A stretch of DNA of 32,000 bases, taken from assembly GCF_000973505.1 (NCBI RefSeq), contig NZ_CP010048.1:450001-482000 (forward strand), in the 5' to 3' direction. The DNA comes from Candidatus Saccharimonadota bacterium. Its GTDB lineage: Bacteria > Pseudomonadota > Gammaproteobacteria > Enterobacterales > Enterobacteriaceae. A program made the position numbers and the translations under genes. The notes below the pieces were generated by a model. The model was not told where the DNA came from, searched no databases, and saw only the letters and a program-made list of their open reading frames with translations. How positions within the stretch are numbered: the stretch's first letter is position 1; every line of letters starts with the position of its first letter. Below are positions 29,070 to 32,000 of the stretch, piece after piece.

Positions 29070-29697
29070 AATGCTGTATGCAGTTATTATAAATTCGCTC
29101 ATGACCTAAAGTGGATTTCGGACCATGTCCAGGTAGGAATAATATATCATCTCCCAAGGAGATTACCTTTTTAATAGAATGAATTAAATCGGACATATTC
29201 CCTCCTGGTAAATCAGTACGTCCAATACTACCATTAAACAATACATCGCCCATAAAAATAAACCTAGACTTTTTATCCCAAAATATCAAATGGCCTGGAG
29301 AATGACCTGGACAATGAAGTACTTCAAACTGCACATTACCCACCATCACTATTTCATGATCCAATAACCAAAAATCTGGCACAACTGGCGGAACAATATT
29401 AAAATTTAACATGCAACATTGAATTTCTATATTATTCAATAACCATCTATCCGCGAAATGCGGACCAACAATAGGTACTTTATAATAATCTGATAATTCT
29501 TTAGCTCCAGCAACATGATCAACATGACCATGAGTTAATAAAATTTTTTTTACAACCAAAGAAAGAGAAGTTATAATTGGCAATAATAATTCAATCTCAC
29601 CGCCAGGATCTATTACAATTGCTTCATTTTTTTCCTCACACCAAACTAATGAGCAATTTTGATGAAACGAAGTAACTGGGATAACTTTATATCTCAT
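29062..29697 (-). CDS. gloC: Metallo-beta-lactamase-fold hydroxyacylglutathione hydrolase GloC (YcbL)
   Basis: MRYKVIPVTSFHQNCSLVWCEE, LLTHGHVDHVAG (HxHxDH), VLHCPGHSPGH and FLPGHGP are colinear with E. coli YcbL. It neighbours aspC as in E. coli. Its 3' end overlaps the aspC 3' end by 8 nt. Confidence 0.88.
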   Translation of the reverse strand: MRYKVIPVTSFHQNCSLVWCEEKNEAIVIDPGGEIELLLPIITSLSLVVKKILLTHGHVDHVAGAKELSDYYKVPIVGPHFADRWLLNNIEIQCCMLNFNIVPPVVPDFWLLDHEIVMVGNVQFEVLHCPGHSPGHLIFWDKKSRFIFMGDVLFNGSIGRTDLPGGNMSDLIHSIKKVISLGDDILFLPGHGPKSTLGHERIYNNCIQHFI

Positions 29698-29860
29698 TAT
29701 AAACCTTATATACCTTATATATATAAAATCTAACTTTATTTCACATTAAAGCAAAAAACACTACATATCTACTATAATAAACCTTCAAAATTACTATAGT
29801 CACCTAATTCAGGTATCTTGAAATATTAAAAAAATCAAAAATTTTTTTAATGTACTAATA

Positions 29861-30625
29861 TCAAACAACACTAAAACCAGCATCTACATAAATCACTTCA
29901 CCTGTAATTCCACTAGAAAGATCAGAACATAAAAAAGCTGCAACATTACCAATTTCATCAATAGTAACATTCCTGCACATTGGTGATTTATCTTTACAAT
30001 AAGATAACATCTGTTTAAAATTCATAATACCAGAAGCAGCTAATGTACGAACAGGCCCCGAAGAAATAGCATTGACACGAATCCCTTCAGCCCCCAAAGA
30101 ACGAGCCATATACCGCATATTAGCCTCTAACGAAGCTTTAGCTAACCCCATAACATTATAATTAGGAATAGCACGTACAGACCCCAAATATGTTAATGTA
30201 ACTAAAGACGAACATGTACTTAACATATTACGACAAGCCTTAGCTAAAGCAACAAAACTGTAAGAAGTAACATTATGTGCAACAGAAAAACCTTCACGAG
30301 TAATAGACTCCACATAATCACCATTTAATTGATCATTTGATGCATATGCAATGGCATGAACAAATCCATCAAACTTTAACCAAAACTTAGATAAATGTAA
30401 AAAAAGATCATTAATAGATTCGTCTTCAGAAACATCACAAGGCAATACAATATCAGAACCAAAATCATTAGCAATCTTTCTTACTCGATCTTTCAATTTA
30501 TTATTCTGATAAGTAAAAGCTAACTGAGCACCTTCACGATACATCGCTTTAGCGATACCATACGCCAAAGAACGATAACTGGCAACTCCAGTAATCAAAA
30601 CACGTCTACCATCAAGAAATCCCAT
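29861..30625 (-). CDS. fabI: Enoyl-ACP reductase (NADH)
   Basis: [41 protein letters not shown] (Y/K catalytic) and [18 protein letters not shown] are very close to E. coli FabI. I place the start at ATG 30625. The tracked ORF adds 7 codons. Confidence 0.96.
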   Translation of the reverse strand: MGFLDGRRVLITGVASYRSLAYGIAKAMYREGAQLAFTYQNNKLKDRVRKIANDFGSDIVLPCDVSEDESINDLFLHLSKFWLKFDGFVHAIAYASNDQLNGDYVESITREGFSVAHNVTSYSFVALAKACRNMLSTCSSLVTLTYLGSVRAIPNYNVMGLAKASLEANMRYMARSLGAEGIRVNAISSGPVRTLAASGIMNFKQMLSYCKDKSPMCRNVTIDEIGNVAAFLCSDLSSGITGEVIYVDAGFSVV

Positions 30626-31584
30626 AAAACTACTCCATGGTAACATATACCATTATCGAATAACATACCACTAATACAGTATAAAACAAAAACGCAAATA
30701 TATCAAATATATGTAATTGTATATAATAAATACAAAAAACAAACTCATTTTATATCATATTAATCTTAAAACATTCATTGGTATTTATACAAAAATATTA
30801 AAAAAAATTTTATAATGCAAATATTACAATTTATACTTCATAATAACACAAAATATAACTTCATAATCAACAAAATAAGAACATTAACATTTTTTTTAAA
30901 AATTATTATAAAATTAATCAAACACACTAATACACTAAATCAAACAATTTATAATGAATATAACAAAAAATTTTCAATGACTATAACCAAACATTCTTAC
31001 AAAATCACTCCATCAAATAAACTGCAATAAAAAACTCTAAATAGACACATAACAAAAATAAACATAAACATATAATTATGTGAAGCTTATTATAATAGTA
31101 TATTACAGACTGACAATAATACATGTTCTCATACTATTTAATTACCATGATTATTCACAACACATAAATAAATTTACTTTATTGCAAAACCACCAATAAT
31201 ATATATAACATATAAAATAAAAAATTTTAAAAATCAATATTTATAACAAAGTTATATTTGTATTTTATATACCATGATTTTTAAAAAATAAAACAATGCA
31301 ATTCAACATATAACAACAATAATCACACTCTATATAATTCCTTAATAAATTTTTTATTTATAAAATTTTAAAAAATTAACACTAAAATAAATACATAACA
31401 TAAAATATACAAACAATTAACAAATCACACTAATTTCAACAAAAACACATCTAGAACAGTTTCTGGTAATAATACAAAAAATTTAAGTATACTTACAATC
31501 TTATAATTATGAACTTGCATTATACTCTATCAAAAAAAATGAATGTTTTGCTATATCATCAACAAAAAAAAATATTAATAGATA

Positions 31585-32000
31585 CTACTTATCACTTTTA
31601 ATTTTCCAACATCCATTAATAAAAAAAGATTTCCAACTAGTACACTTACCATCCTTCATCGAAACAACATACTGCTGTTTACTTTTTCGATCAAAACGAA
31701 CTAAAGTTTTATTACCATAAATATCATATATTGGCGCATCTGCCAAATAAGACAACTTTTTTGGCAAACGATCACGAAAACGAACCAATTCTTCTACAAA
31801 AGGAGCACGCGTCTCTCGCGATTTCGGGAAGGTATTAGCCGCTAAAAAAATCCCTGCTTTCCCATCCCGAAGAACAAAATAAGCATTTGATTTTTCACAT
31901 ATAAGTTCTGGTAACGGAAGTACCAAAGATTTTTTAGGCACCACACAATCATTAGATGAAATTTTCATGGTATTTTTGCAATCCAGATTGCTGCATAACA
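31585..32000 (-). CDS. topA: 3' end (C-terminal domain) of DNA topoisomerase I; 5' part outside window
   Basis: ..[61 protein letters not shown]...[17 protein letters not shown].. matches the extreme C-terminus of E. coli TopA as I remember it ([61 protein letters not shown]). The frame stays open upstream of the tracked ATG (31968) to nt 32000. The stop is TAG at 31585-31587. Confidence 0.82.
   Translation of the reverse strand, partial: LCSNLDCKNTMKISSNDCVVPKKSLVLPLPELICEKSNAYFVLRDGKAGIFLAANTFPKSRETRAPFVEELVRFRDRLPKKLSYLADAPIYDIYGNKTLVRFDRKSKQQYVVSMKDGKCTSWKSFFINGCWKIKSDK

Noticed and set aside
30815-31030. A 71-codon ORF in the fabI-topA spacer.
   Set aside because: It is an N/K/I/T low-complexity translation of A-rich spacer. 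It has no SD and no recognisable domain.
31966-31968. ATG at 31968 as the start of a stand-alone 127-aa protein.
   Set aside because: The reading frame stays open upstream to the window edge, and the sequence matches the C-terminal domain of topoisomerase I. This is an internal Met of a truncated topA, not a small gene.
1-32000. I searched for a novel multi-gene system (defence, toxin-antitoxin, secretion, mobile element, CRISPR array).
   Set aside because: Every ORF longer than about 100 codons is a recognisable housekeeping gene in E. coli-like context. There is no transposase, integrase or phage gene, no regularly spaced direct repeats, and no compositional island. The spacers have no credible ORFs. 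Reporting a new system would be invention.

Overview
This is an AT-rich segment of a strongly reduced gammaproteobacterial (Enterobacterales-derived) chromosome of the insect-endosymbiont type. The E. coli-like protein sequences, scrambled E. coli synteny blocks and very long ORF-free spacers resemble Blochmannia-like genomes, but I cannot confirm the organism without a database search. I can place 29 protein-coding genes (2 cut by the window edges, 1 frameshifted) and 4 tRNAs. All are core housekeeping: lolD'-lolE, purB, mnmA, emtA, ycfH-holB-tmk, pabC, acpP-fabG-fabD-fabH-plsX-rpmF, rluC, rne, lpxL, an L,D-transpeptidase, tRNA-Leu(UAA), tRNA-Cys(GCA), pgsA, tRNA-Lys(CUU), tRNA-Ser(UGA), tusE, hspQ, ompA, fabA, asnS, aspC, gloC(ycbL), fabI and topA'. 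I see no transposase, integrase, phage, CRISPR, toxin-antitoxin or defence-type gene, and the long spacers hold no credible ORFs. I therefore do not find a novel multi-gene system here, and claiming one would be unsupported. The points worth a second look all concern reductive evolution. (1) The L,D-transpeptidase gene is split by a -1 frameshift exactly inside an A10 run, which makes it a candidate for transcriptional-slippage rescue. (2) ompA stops precisely at the end of the beta-barrel and lacks the peptidoglycan-binding domain. (3) RNase E is reduced to its catalytic half plus a short unalignable tail. (4) There is a tRNA-Lys with a CUU anticodon. (5) Genes are cleanly missing from conserved slots: mltG, fabF, yceD/maf, hflD, glyW and the porin slot. 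(6) Perfect short tandem duplications cluster at gene boundaries. (7) Strand compositional asymmetry is uniform across the window.
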